The position numbers and the translations under genes were made by a program. A DNA stretch of 64,000 nt, taken from the NCBI RefSeq assembly GCF_009914755.1, contig NC_060929.1; one strand, given 5' to 3'. The notes under the pieces are model-generated. The model saw nothing but the letters and a program-made list of their open reading frames with translations. It was not told the origin of the DNA and searched no databases. The stretch is from the human T2T-CHM13v2.0 reference genome, Homo sapiens. Positions 27,356-41,971 of the stretch are shown in pieces; the stretch's first letter is position 1, and each line of letters starts with the position of its first letter.

Positions 27356-30300
27356 AAGAACAACAGTTTGATGAACATTTCTCATTTTTATCTCAGAATG
27401 TGTGTAAATATTAACAGGGGCATATCCCTAAAGTTAGCTTTAACATCAGTCAAAATCACCCAAAAATGCAGGGGAAATTAACCCGGGTGGTACCTGGAGA
27501 TGACCTAAGCCTCACCCAGATCTAGAAGATACCACACACACAGAAGGTGCCTGGGTAACGTTTGGCAGATAGCAGCGTGCAGGAACCCCTTTCTTACAAG
27601 TTGCTAGAGAAAACTGCAGCTTCCTCCTCCAGAGGCTCTAGGCCTACCTTGATCCCATCTTTCCTCACAATAAAATTCTCTTTTCAATCCTCCTTAGGAG
27701 GTTTTCTAGTCTCAGAAGAAGCCTTCAATGCTGTTCATAGGAGATTAGGTCCCCCTGTTTTAGATAACAATGGCTGTCCATCCTGTTCATGCTCATAAAA
27801 GCTCAACTTTGCACAGACTTCCCTGTGCAAACATACCGATGTCTCCCCTCTTCCTGTCCATTAAGCTGAGTCCCCTATACCAGGATCCTTCTACAGACCC
27901 CCTTGGGGCGGCTGTCTCCACTGCCCTTGAGAACCACTCTCAGCCTCAGAGACATTTCCAGAGGAGAAGGGCTGCTCATGAACACAGTCAAGTGGGGAGA
28001 ACGAGGCCAACCCGGTGGCCAATAGGGACCAAGAAGGAAAATAGCTTCCCCTTAGAAATATAAACATTATCTTTGTAAATGTCATGCTTATATGGATAAT
28101 CCACTTAGTAAGCTCACTTTTCATAGATATCAGGCCAGTTGCTAAGTATACATTGTTCCAGTATCTGAAATTAATGATATTCAGTTTAATAGGAGTGTTC
28201 CTCTATATAGCAATTCTGCAGTCATTGATTAAAACAGTCCTCACTTTTGCTGTCTGGACTCCCATTCTCCCTCCATAATCATAGGCTTCAGGCTCCTTCA
28301 CCCATCCAATGACCTGAAAGCATCTCCCTTGCTGCTGCCTGTCACACCTACACCCCTCTCCACTCACCCAGCTGTCCCCTCTCCCCAGTCAGCCACAGAG
28401 AAAAGTTTGAAGGAGCTTTCTTCTCACTGCCCAGTTTTCTATTTTACAGAAGGCTTTAGAAAACACATATGTGCTCTGGCTAAAATAAAAGTGAAGTTAT
28501 AATGTGATCTACCACATCAAAAAAAAAAAAAAGAAACGGAAAATAGTTTTAGTTAATTCAGCATCAGAAAATCAATATGTCCTTAGCAGCATTCTGTGCT
28601 TGACTTCAAAATGTGTGTTTTAATCTTGACTTTATTACATGTTGTACTTGGTTAGCTCACACTTAGAATTCTCATCAACTGCTTTTTAGGTCTGTGGATG
28701 GGAAGGTACTCCATAAGAGAAATCAGCCTAATAATTGAATACAGAGCTTTAAAAAGAAAGGCTTGTATAACTCTGAAGGGGACAAAACAATGACGCAGAA
28801 ATAAAGTCAGACTACAGCAGTTCAAAGACCTGTCCTTGTTTGTGATTTTTTTTCTAATATACAGACTCAAGGGTTCAACTAAGAGGCTGTTGTCGGTTAC
28901 GCTTCTCATCTATATCCTCTCTCAGATCAGCAGACATCTAGCCACTCTGCTGCATGCTAATATAAAATCTGTCTCTGTCTCCTCACACATCCCGTCAGAG
29001 AAACCATCTAATCATGAACCATCCTATCATTACAGCAGCCACTGTAAATGCTTGGGAAATTAAACAACAAACAAGACTTCTCATTCAAATGGAAAGCTGG
29101 CAGCATTGTTGGGGAGATGACAAAACCCATCATTAGACTGGGAACAAACTGCCTTGCCCTATGTGCCCTTTACTGCTTCTCTTTTTCAGGGTACGCTGGA
29201 AGAAGGGGCATAGCTATCCATTATTCACTGACAATCTCATAAGTCATGCCACTTTCCTAACTATTGTAAAAGAGCCATAGTCAGAAAAGTGGGGTGAAAT
29301 GTTGGTGACAGCTGCTTATCTCAAAGGCTTCTAAGGTAAACCACCAAACCATAATTTGATGCAATAATATGGTGGTTATTGCTATTCCTTGACCAACTAC
29401 TCCCAATCCCTTCAGGTTAGATTTCTCCTATTTTTACATTCTGGAGTACACAGAGTTCTTTCACCAGTAGCTAAGAAGATGCAAATTGATCACAACCTCC
29501 CTGAAATAAAATGAGGAGGGTAAGAAATGGCCCAGGTTTCTTGATTCTCTCTGCTGTGAACCTGGGGCCATGTCACCTTCCCCGTCCTCTTTCCTGCACG
29601 GCTGAGGATGGCAGACAGTAACTCTCCTTAGCAGACAAGGCAATCTACCCAGCATGGAGGAAACAGCAAGTAAGGACTGAAGTTCTACCCGAGCCACCTG
29701 GTAGAAGAGGAGGAAAAAAAGATGAAGGAAATCTGAATAATTGAAAGGCGTTAGCCCTACACTTAATCTGCCTGATGTTACATAATAAACTCTGTCAGTA
29801 GAAACAGACTCTTCCTTTCACCCACTTCCTTCACCTTTTCCACCAGATTTCTTCCATTTGTCACCCCTACAGCTCAGAATTGGCCCTGCCCTGTCTCCTA
29901 ATGCTGAGGACAGACCATTAAAGGAAGGAAGGTCAGAGAAATTACAATGACATGGCTTTGTTCCCCAAGAACATTCACTCTGGAAGCTGTCACTGCTCAA
30001 AAGACATCTTCATTCTAGCTCATATGGCCAGAGGGAGCCCCCTTCTCCTCAATTCCAATTTGCTTTGACAGACACATGGCTATGAAGCAGTGGTTTGCTT
30101 CCCGGAGCTGAAGCTGCACTGGAATTCCAAAGCTGCCCTAGCCCTGTCAACAGAAGTCAGCAGCTTGAAGAAGAACTGCTATCCAGTCACAGCCAGCGTT
30201 CCCTGACACCTGATAATACACACTCTCTCAGGCAAGATGCATCCCACCTCAGATTATTCCAGCCCTGCCTCTAATTGCTCCCACCAGGGCAAACAGGGTG

Positions 30301-30918
30301 GCATTCTGCTTTGGAAGGAATTATTAAGGCTATGTTGAAATGAAAGTCAAGGTGAGCCCCCGCAAATAGAGCTGCATTTTTTAATCCAGACCAAACAAAA
30401 CTTTCTTTTAGCTTCTAGCCACACTCTCCCAAAACAAAATTTTAAAAGAAAAACTGAGATGCAGGTCTAAATTATATAATAAGAGGAACCCCAGTTTCCC
30501 TACCCAGTTTGTTACTGAAGAAGCTATTTATTACAAAAGCTCCAGAGTCACTGTTCTCCTCCAGGTCCATGCAGAAGCAATGAAGCCCAACGACAATAAT
30601 GCCATCAGGAGGGCAGGCAAAAAGCTCGTTTTAAGGCTCCCAACGGGGTCTAATACATCATCCAGGAAGAAGGACTACTCTGAGAGGTGCCTCAGAGGGA
30701 AAAGCCTGTCAAATGACTCAATGCCACCAGACTCTGATATGCCACCAGAAATGCTGCAACCACCACAGATACTCACTGACATAGACAGAAAATCCTGCTT
30801 CATTATCCTAAGTCTAAACACGTACTTTATACCTGTGGGATTAAAAGTGCAAAAGGAGTCAGATCAGTCTAGATGTTATTTATTTTACATAGTAATTGAG
30901 ATTCATAAAAGAAAAATA

Positions 30919-31541
30919 CAGTTGGACCTCATTATCCAGAGATTACATATTTGCAAATTCACCTGTTAGCTAAAGTGTATTTGCAACCTCAGAATCAAAA
31001 CTTGAGGCACTTCCCAGCCATTCATGGACATGAGCAGTGAAAATTTGAGTCTCCTGACAACAGGCATTCCCAGCCGAGGTCTGACAAGGCAATCCTATCA
31101 CCTTCTTGTTTCAGCTCTCATACTGAAAATAAGTGCCACATCCTCTATTTCGTGCCACATTTTTTGCACTCTTGTACTTTTTGTTGGTGATTTGTCTGTT
31201 TAAAATGGCCCCAAGCATAGGGCTGCAGAACTGGCTGGTATTCCTAAGTGCAGGAAGGCTGTGATGTGCCCTATGAAGAAAATGCATGTGTTAGATAAGC
31301 CTTGTTCAGGCATCAATTATAGTGCTATTGACCATGAGTTCAATGTTAATGAACCAATTGCATATTAAATAAGTTGTTTTTAACAAAAAATGCACTTGAA
31401 ACAAGGTTATTTATTGATCAGTTGACAAAAATATGGTGACCAGAGGCTCGCAGGAACCAAACCCTATATTTCCCCTAGGAGCAGTGGTTCAGGATTTGCT
31501 AATTCAGTATTTGCAGTGACTTCATAGAGCATAATTACCAC
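30919..31541 (+). mobile_element. MER82 TcMar-Tigger fossil, near full length
   Basis: Starts ta|cagt; cttcttgtttcagctctcatactg, tttaaaatggcccc, aagcctatg-like core, gaccagaggctcgcaggaacc. Confidence 0.88.
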
Positions 31542-32928
31542 ATGCTCTCAATGATAAGAAGAAAAGACGTAAAATATCAAAGGACATGAGCAACAGATAT
31601 AACACCCTAACAGTCTTCCCCAGCCTGACACAGGATCATCACAGGCCAACCTGAAGGACTGTGTAAGTAGAGTTTTTTCAGTTCACTCAGAAGAGTAATC
31701 AGCTCCACAGAGGGAGATCCAATGGAAGCTACCTACTCACTCCTGAAAGCAAAGTACTAGCCTTCTTGCTTCAGGGGAGCACAGAACTTATCTTGCTAAC
31801 TGAAAGCTGGGAGCCACTGGTGCCTGACTGTCTAGCACTAGCCACCCTGGGCGGAGAACTTTCTGAAGTCATCCTGGAGTGAAAAATAGACTCCTCAGAA
31901 ACACAAATCTGTACCATTGACAGGCATCAGGGACGACAGGCTGGTGGCCAAGGTCACGTGCTGAATGGAGGTAGGAGGCTCTGGCTGTGACTCATGGGAC
32001 TCTTTACTGCTCTCATTACATAATGTGAACCAGATCCTCATCTTCTCATCAGATAATGATCTTTGTTCTCCAGACTAAAGGGGTGATTACAATCTGAAGA
32101 GCTGATTGTGTCTCATTACACTTGTGATAATATATTCCTGATGACCAAGGCTAACCAAGGCTATTAACTTGAACCTTCAAATACCAACAGTCACAAGTTG
32201 TCCCTTTGATATATTCGCATCTGTTCTGTGTTGAATTGAAAAAGGTTTTCTTGCTACAAAATGTGTAAAGGAGAAAAAGTTAAACCAGTACAGAACAGCC
32301 AGTGCTGTTTTTTTCCAATCCAGGAAAGCATCTTAATTCAATTGAATGACTTTTAGTACACTGAGATCTTAACGTAAAAACAAAACAAAACAAAAAAGCA
32401 AAGTGATTCATAAATGTCACAGCATAAAAAGGTCCAAAGCCCTCACTTTATTGCTTCCTGATAGTCTTAAGCGCTTCTCCTCTAGCAATGTTTTCCTCTG
32501 TATTATAATCTTAAGAACTATAACCACTACCTTTTGGAATGGAATTGGTTTCCTTTTAAACCACTTTCCTCTCTTTATGACGAAAAGGAAATTTGAGTAT
32601 CTTTCTCTACCTCCATTTCTACATTGTCAGTTGTCAAAAGAAAGTGAACAAAAATAAAAGAACTAGATGACATGTGTTCTCAGATTCAGAGATGTACTAA
32701 TAAAGGGATACACGTACTATTTTGCAAATCCTAGAAGACTAATTTCTATCATGATCACAAAAAATCTAAGTTGGTAGTCTCCAAAAATGGATTCATGAAG
32801 AAAATCAGAATAATTTATGAGTGACAAATCAAACTCAAGAGTTACAAATAGGATTCAGGTACCAGAATTTTCATTCCACCAGCATAAGATGGGGCTTTAC
32901 CTGACCCTGTCCCTGTCCCTGAAGCTGA

Positions 32929-33411
<483 letters not shown>

Positions 33412-35610
33412 TCAAGCAATCTTATAGTAAGAAATTGTGAGAATTATTTAAAAATGACTATTCCATTTGACTTTTCAGCCAAACCAGGCTCTAAAATTCC
33501 CCCAATCTCTCAGAATATTAGAAGCTAAAACAAGGACGTGTGTATAAATAAATTAACTGAGAGCTTTAAAAAGATCTGGTGACAACATGAAAGGAAGGCT
33601 TACGACCCACTAAAATTTTGAACTGAAAAGCAGAGAAATGGTTGTTATTTGACTAAAACTTACAGAAGACCCTTCTTCTTCGGGGAAGCAGGAGTGAGTC
33701 AGCAGGGGACACATTATGGAGAATCTCAAATGCACAAAGCACTGAGAGGAGAAAGGGATGAAAAGAATTTCAGGACAATCCAGAGGAGGTGCTTAAAAAG
33801 AATCAAGTCTCTGCCAAAGACAGAAAGAGCCAGCTCTTTGTTTCAGAGAGGCCTGCAGCTACAGGACTTAGATTGGGGCATAAATTCTAATTAAAGCAAA
33901 TCTTTCTAGATTCCCTGAAGAATTTCCACTCACCAGCTTCATCTGTCAGTGTGGCTTGAGCCACTTGCTACACAGCTCGACCCAGAGCTGCTCTGTCCCT
34001 GGCCATGCCAAGGAGGAAACTGTGTGTGGTAGCCACACTCTCCCTACCTGGGAGGTTTATCCTCTTCTGCAACTGGCTGCTTCTGTAAAGACAAGCGTCT
34101 GGGTGCAGATGAGCACCAGGATTTGACCAAGGAAGAGGAAGGAGGTTAGGAAGCAGAGAACAAAACACAACAAAACAAGAAAATTAAAAACTCTAACCTT
34201 CAAGGGATTTCAAGGAGAAAACAGAGGAAAAAGGACAAGTAGAAAAAAAGGAAGGCTTCTTTGAGCAGGCAGAGCACAATTAAGGACACCTGTGATTTTA
34301 GGAGCTAACAAAAAGCAGATGTGTCATGGCCTCAGACTCCCGTCCCTTCAGCCCAGTCCTCATGCAGCCTAACTGGACCCCAAACCACAAAGGGGCTGGA
34401 GGAGAAAAGGGAGGTCTAAGTCAGCCCAGCTGCAATAACAAAGGCAGAAGGCTGGAACCACAAAAGCTTTTAAAAATAAACATTGTGATTCAAGGCAAGG
34501 GGGGAAAAACAGCACTGAGGGAAACTTCAAGAAGCACTGGCTCTCAGCAGACATCATTTTAAAGAACCATTTGGAAATTGCCATTCAATGAGGTGTTTAA
34601 ATGACAACAGAGAGGCTGTCTTACCCAAGTAGAACAGGATCAAACAGAGAGATCAGAAGTACCCTGCCCTGCTCGCACTTTTCTACAGAGCAACTAAACT
34701 TGCCTTTCATCTCTCCAGGAATACTTTCTCCATCATGAACGTAACTAAAGCCTCTAAGACATTGAAAGATCTGGAATTTTCATACTGTTATACCCCCTAC
34801 ACATTCTAGATCGAGCCTAGCAAATTAGCCCAAATATGTATCTATTTCAGAGCTTTTAGGAAAATAGCTAGTCTCCCTGTTTGTACTAACCACGTGCTGC
34901 TTCTAAATTCAATGTCTGAATGTGCAAACTATGGCCTAGAACTTCCTAAGATACTTAAAAGAAAGAGGAAACGTGGTAAACCTACAACACGCAAACTCTC
35001 CTTGAAGAGGACTTCTCAAAAGCTCCTCAGAGGAGTAGAAATCGCACCATGATCTAAGTTCAAACCCTGTCACCAATTTCTACCTGTGCAGAGTGGATAT
35101 GTATTTCTGTTGTTTTTTGTTTTGTAAAACTTCTCTCAGTTTCTTCTTCTGTAAAAGAGAGGTAACAGCAACCAGGTTGCAAGTAAATGTTGAGGTTCCA
35201 ACAATATGCATACCAAGTTCCTCACTCAAAATTGCTCTTAACCCTTCAATATTATTATCATCATAACAAACAAATATTTCTGACACCAAAGGGCTGATGG
35301 TTAAGAGTGTTGGAATGGTCTACTCTACGAGCCTGCATCCATGACTTTACCCATCTGTGCCTCCTTGCTTAATATAAAAAATAAGGTATGTTAGATTAAT
35401 TTCTTTAAGGCCCATTTGAGGACTAACAAGTCTAGTTGTCTGGGAATTTGAATTCTTCCTCTGTATTTTACAACTGTAAGGATTCATCCTATTGCTATTA
35501 GGAAGGTTTTTTTCCTCCAAACAACTTTTCAAAAAAAGAAAAATTAAATACATTAATTTGATGCCTTTTGGGGCTACATGTTTTGAAAGGGTCACAGGAT
35601 AAGATTTTGA

Positions 35611-35968
<358 letters not shown>

Positions 35969-36954
35969 CAGCATCTCTCCTTTTATTTAAGGATGAGACA
36001 AAGCCATTATGTATCACAATTGTGTAAAGGCACAAAGAGCTAATGACAAAGGGCCTTCTTTGTTCCCTAGTCATAGCAGTTTTGTTCTAAATCATCAAGT
36101 CTGCTACCTCCTAAAAATTGATCTGATGAATCTTTCGCTCTTTCTCAAGCTTTTGAAATAATGTAGAACCCATAAACCCTAAACTAAGATGAACATTTGC
36201 CAATGACACTCCTTCATCAAACTTTAAGCTGCTCCTCCTCATAAGCACATCAGCAACAAGGCAGTTAAGGTGATTCAGATAGCAGGCACTCGCCCATACG
36301 CCACCCAGCACGCCAAGGCAGCTTTTGGTCAGATTGCCCAGCAAGCCACACAAGATGGTGGCAAACTGCTCTGGGGCTGTGGGAGAGAGCCAAACACAGA
36401 AGCTCCAAGGGTGAGGGAGGGAAGACTCTACAGAAAACCAGGGCTCCATGTTCAAAGCTGAGTTTGCTGTAAAATGGAGCACAGGAACCCTGAATTGCCA
36501 TGAATAACAGTGCCAGCTCCTCGGAACACGTATGAGCATCAATTTGGGAGGAACCCAATGACAAACGACAGATACAAGTAGTTGAGAGGCTCCTAGGCAG
36601 GGAGTCCCAACGATGTGCACATTTTACAATCAGATTTGTATCAAAGGCATCCTTTAATGCCCCCAGGGACAACTTTCAGCTTCAGTTAGAATAAGGTAAG
36701 CTGTGTTGTAGGAAAACTGATTCAAGTAGTCTTGGAAGACTCAGCCAATAATTTGATCTATTTTCACAAGAAAATATGAACCAGAATGATTTTTATCAAT
36801 GCCAGTGGCAATAAATAGTGTACATAATATGCTATACGTAGTATATAAGGTTAATAGCTAATATCAAATCTCAACTTTTTAAAAAAAGTCCCATAATTAC
36901 ACTATTTTCTTTAAAAATTAGAACTGTTTCCTGGAAAGCCTTTGAGGGATCGTA

Positions 36955-37512
36955 ATTTAAACAGATTTTAAGGCAGCTACCCTGATACCTGCTTCCTCCT
37001 GTTCACACTCCTGCATGATCCCTTGAGGGTAGGTGGGACCTGTGACTTGTTTCTACAAATAGAACACAGCAAAGATAATATATATGCATGATTAGGTCGT
37101 TATATTATATAAAATTGCAGCACCCATCTTGGCAGCTTCCCTTTCTCCCTGGCTGGCTTTTGGATTCAAACAGCAATGCTGGAGAAATCCATACGACAAG
37201 GAAGTGCAGGCAGCCTCTAGAGCTGAAAAAGCCTCCAGCAAGAAAATGAGGCCCTCAGTCCTACAACCACAAGGAAACAAATTCTGCCTACAGCCCAAGT
37301 GAACCCTGAAGCAGATCCTTCCCCAGCTGAGCATTCAGATGAGATCCAAGCCCCAGTCAACTGTCCTTGATTGCAGCCTCGGAGAAAACTGAACAAAGCC
37401 AGATCTAGACTCCCAATCCATAGAAATGATGACATAATATAATGTATGTTCTTTTAAGTCACTAAGTTTGTTGTAATATTTTTATGAGTTAATATTAGTA
37501 GATAACTGATAA
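36955..37512 (+). mobile_element. MLT1 (ERVL-MaLR) solo LTR
   Basis: gggacctgtgacttgtttct...cctcagtcctacaaccacaaggaa...ttttaagtcactaagtttg...gataactgata. Confidence 0.85.
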
Positions 37513-39927
37513 AGATCATTAAATCTCAAGTTGTTAAATACAGAGAAAGATAAATAATTTTATTTAAAATAAATCTATATGATTGTTTATTCAATGGAAC
37601 TGGTCTATAATAAAATATAAATGTATATTTTAAATGCCTGATTTTATTAAGCTTCTTTTTAATTACAGCACAAAATCAGGCATTGCAGATAACTGATTCC
37701 TTTTCCATTTACAATTCTGCAGTGGTTCTAAAGAAAGCAAGGTCATAATCAAATAAGAGAAATAAAATAACATCAAAATATCAGCATTTGATCATTAGTT
37801 ACCATGGAGAGTTCAGCTTTTAAATTGACCTACAATGATTAGACAGTGCCACATCATCTACTGTCAAGATTTGTTTTCAAATTTTTGGTAGCTCATATAA
37901 AACACCTCTGAGAATACTCAGTAGGAGATTTTTATTCTGATTTTATCAATAATACAAATGAAGAATCTGATTGTTGACCAGGCATCAGTAAAGTACTGTA
38001 TTACTAAATTGTGTAATGATAGGAGTTCATGGGTTAGAACAACTGTCAGTGAGTTCACAGAAATACATTTAATATTGTCATAAATATAGACTTTAAAAAT
38101 ACGTAGAACAAAACAGTTTTAACAAAACAGAAAATATTCAAGAAAAGATGCAAGTCTATTTCAACAGATTAAGTATATACCCAAAACATGAAACAGCCTA
38201 TGCAGATACTAAAGTATTTTTAAAATCATATTTATGAATTAATTTAAACATAATTAGTATAAGTATATTATTTCAATCTGTCTACTATTAAAGATTAAAA
38301 AAGTAATAAAATATAATATGCTAGATGTTCAAGTAGCAAAATCTACTCACTCGAAGCAAAACGATTTTGATTACTTCTCTACTTTTTGGGAAAACAGAGA
38401 AAAATGATTTTCAGTCTTGAAATGTTTATTAACTTGAAACTGAAAGAAACATTCCAATTTCCATTTTTGAACTCCCAGATATTAAGGGATTGCTATCTTC
38501 TAAAATTAATTATCCTTTTAATGATAGTATATGACACAATCAAATGAAATTATTTGCTATATTAAAGCCATGTATTCCCTTACTAAGAAGCACCTATGAT
38601 AACCTATGTCATTATGTTTTGAAATTTTTCAGCTTATTTATTACCTTAAGACTTAAATGTAGTTAAGCAAGTATCTATTTTGTTATTTTTATGAAGAGTA
38701 AGCTGACAATTTTTCCCTCAATTTGCTATCTTAGATTTCCCTAAACCTTGCTTAGCAAGTACTCTATCACTTCTCTTGGTCTTAACTCCAAAGATGGATG
38801 AGAAAACTTGAGTATAGACAGGCTCACTGTAATTTACATCATTCATGGAAACGCCTCTTTCCTTGGTCGTTGGCTTTTCTCAAACATACACTTAGCATAG
38901 AGATTTCCTAGCATGGAAATGATGGTTAAAAGCTCATGTGTGAAGATCAGCTAGGAAACTATTGTGGCAAAGCAGGAATATGGAAAAGCTGAATACCAGG
39001 TATTATTTCAGATTTGGTTTTGTTCTCCTCAAGGTGTCTTACAGAGAATGCTCACTGAATCTTCCAGGGTATCTTAAAGGCATGGAAGATTATAACTTAG
39101 GAAAAAGCAAATATAATGACCAAGAGCTGACACCAAATGGAAATGCTTACAGCAATAGCAGTCAGCTGCCTGAAAACCTCAGCTTGCCCCTGTTATTACT
39201 AATGGCCCAGGTAAGGCAAAGTCCTTAGTTAGAAACTGAAAAATCAATTATTGGCTGCCAAGTACTGGTTGACCTGACAATAGAATGGCATAGAGAATGA
39301 TATTTTTCCAAGTAGAGGCCCATCATCTTCTGATTTTTTACAGTAGAATCAAATGTGGGGTCAGGAACACCTGCTCAGAAACACCACCGTGATATCACTC
39401 CAGCACACCTTGCTACCTCTCTTCCCTGAAGGATGCATCTGTAAGAAGCGGTGTAATTAGAGATACTTCACTGCACAATCATATGTGGAGGAAACAGCAA
39501 TAGTATAGTCCTGCAGAGACAACTAAGTAAGAGACAGGCAACGATTCTTTTATTTAAAAAACTATGAGTATAGTCTAAATAGTTTGGTGTGTTTGCACAT
39601 ATGTATGAACGTACTCCACAGATGCTTGGCATTTATCATTCTGTTACCTAGGAGGGGACTTCCACTCTGTCCTATAATCTCCAAGTTAGCCTTTCTAGCC
39701 AGAAAAAATCAGGGATCAAAGAGACACTGAAACTGTGGCAACATAAAAGGCAGAAACACAAATGTCTTGATCATTGGCCTACATCCATTGTTAGGATGGT
39801 GGCACTGCTATCTACAACCTTGGCTTAAAGACTTCAATCCCAAGACTTTCTCATACTCGAGTTCTAGAAGTATCTCTATCCCAAACCTAAACAAAATGTT
39901 CACCAAGTCTTCCCCAAAATTGCCTCT

Positions 39928-40762
39928 TACATGAGCACACTTTTTAAAAGAAGACATACACGCAGCCAAAAAGCACATGAGAAAGATCTCAACATCACTG
40001 ATCGTTGAAGAAATGCAAACCAAAACCACAATGAGATACCACCTCACACCACTCAGAATGGCTATTATTAAAAAGTCAAAAAATAACAGATGCTGGCGTG
40101 GTTACAGAGAAAACCAATGCTTAGACACTGTTGGTGGGAGTGTAAATTAGTTCAGCCATTGTGGAAAGCAGTGTGGTGATTCCCCAAATAGCTAAAAACA
40201 GAATTACCATTCAACTCAGCAATCCCATTAATTGATACACATACCCAAAGGAATATATATCATTCTACCATAAAGACACACGTGTGTGTATGTTCATTGC
40301 AGCACTATTCACAATAGCAAAGACATGGAATCAACCTAAATGCCCAGCAATTTTAGACTGGATAAAGAAAATGTGGTAGATATATAGCATGGAATACTAT
40401 GCAGCCATTAAAAAAATCAAGATCATGTCCTTTGCAGGAACATGGATGGAGCTGGAGGCCATTATCCTTAGCAAACCAACACAGGAATAGAAAACCAAAT
40501 ACCGCATTTTCTCACTTATAAGTGGGAGCTAAATAGTGAGAACACATGGACACAAAGAGAAGAATAACAGATACTGGGGCCTATCAGAGGGTGCAGAGGG
40601 AAAGGAGACAGGGGATCTGAAAAAATAACTAAGGAGTACTAGGCTTAATACCTGGGCAATGAAATAATCTGTACAATGAACCCCCGTGACATAAGTTTAC
40701 CTATATAACAAACCCGCACATGTATCCCTGAACTTAAAATAAAAGTTAAAAAAAAAAAAAAA
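39928..40762 (+). mobile_element. L1PA15/16-like 3' end
   Basis: aagaagacataca...gaaatgcaaaccaaaaccacaatgagataccacctcacacc...3' UTR, aataaa and poly-A. Confidence 0.92.
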
Positions 40763-41749
40763 GAATTTTCAAGAACTCCCTGGGACATGAACAATAAAAA
40801 TGCCTTTTGTGGATGCTTAAAAAAAGAAAAAAGAAAAGAACAATAAGGATGCAACTTGCATCCAAGCTCTGATAAAAGACTCATCTTGTGGGAAACCATC
40901 TTAATTTATGTTGAGCAAGAAAGTCTTATTGGGGAACCACCTAGTCTGAAGAAAAACAGTGAAAGCGTTCTCAAGTGCGAAGTATGGATTCTGACAACGA
41001 ATTCTAAATAAAAGATCATTGAAACAACTAAAGGGAGAGAGGGAGGTTTTGTGATAAACTGCATTTGACAGAGTTCCTTTAGATCTAGAAAAAACAAAAC
41101 CCTCCATACACTTATGGTATCTCCTAAATATTAAAGTCTTCTCGAGGGAAGGGCAGGAGGTCAGGACAATATCATGAACAATTAAGTATTATTTTCCAGG
41201 CAAGTTAGTTTTTTTTTTATTTTTCTAAACTGTCAGTGGCAATCATTCTCTAAAGAAAAGGGGCCTTTATTCTGAGCCTGAGTAAACATAGTGAAGTTGC
41301 TATAGAAATAAAGAAGCCAAAATCTAAACCATAAAAAAACTCTGGTGCTAAAAATGGATACTCTCATTTTGCTGCAAAATTATAGGTTCAGCAGGTGCTC
41401 CAAGCCACTGAGACCTCTGCTGCCAACGTGGGGCTTTCCTCTGTCCCTAAGCAGCTCACTGTCTTCCAAGGAATCTAAGTCATAGAAATGGCAAGGTGTA
41501 TTGAATATTCTGGTAGTAGATGCTAGACCACCAAAGTTGTTTCAAATCAACAGCTGTAACCATCAGACTTAGCCTGGAATGTGTTCTCATCTGGCTCTGT
41601 TGAAAAAGTACTCCACACCCCCCTGAAGGTGTTTTCACTGTGTCTGCGTTGTGGCTTTGGGGGAACATTATCTATGTTGTTACTGGTTGATAAGCTACAC
41701 TCTAAAGGCGAAATCCAAAGGAGTCTTTTCAAATCTGTGATGCTGTATT

Positions 41750-41971
41750 CAGATTTTCTAAACCTCGACACTGTTGACATCTGGGGCCAGATAATCCTCT
41801 GTCATGGGGGAGCTGGTCTGTGCATGGTGAGATCCTGAGCAGCGTTCCTGGTCTCTACCCACAAGACACCAGCAGCAGCTCTCCCCACCCTGAATGACAA
41901 CACCAAAAATATCATTAGACATTGCCAAATGTCCCCTAGGAAACAAAGTTGCCCCTGATTAAAAGCCACTG
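41750..41971 (+). mobile_element. MER20 hAT-Charlie fossil
   Basis: aacctcgacactgttgacatctggggccagataat...agacattgccaaatgtcccct...aagccactg. Confidence 0.88.

Noticed and set aside
36111-36672. Overlapping 169-aa and 135-aa minus-strand ORFs
   Set aside because: No recognisable domain; several frames open at once suggests composition rather than coding
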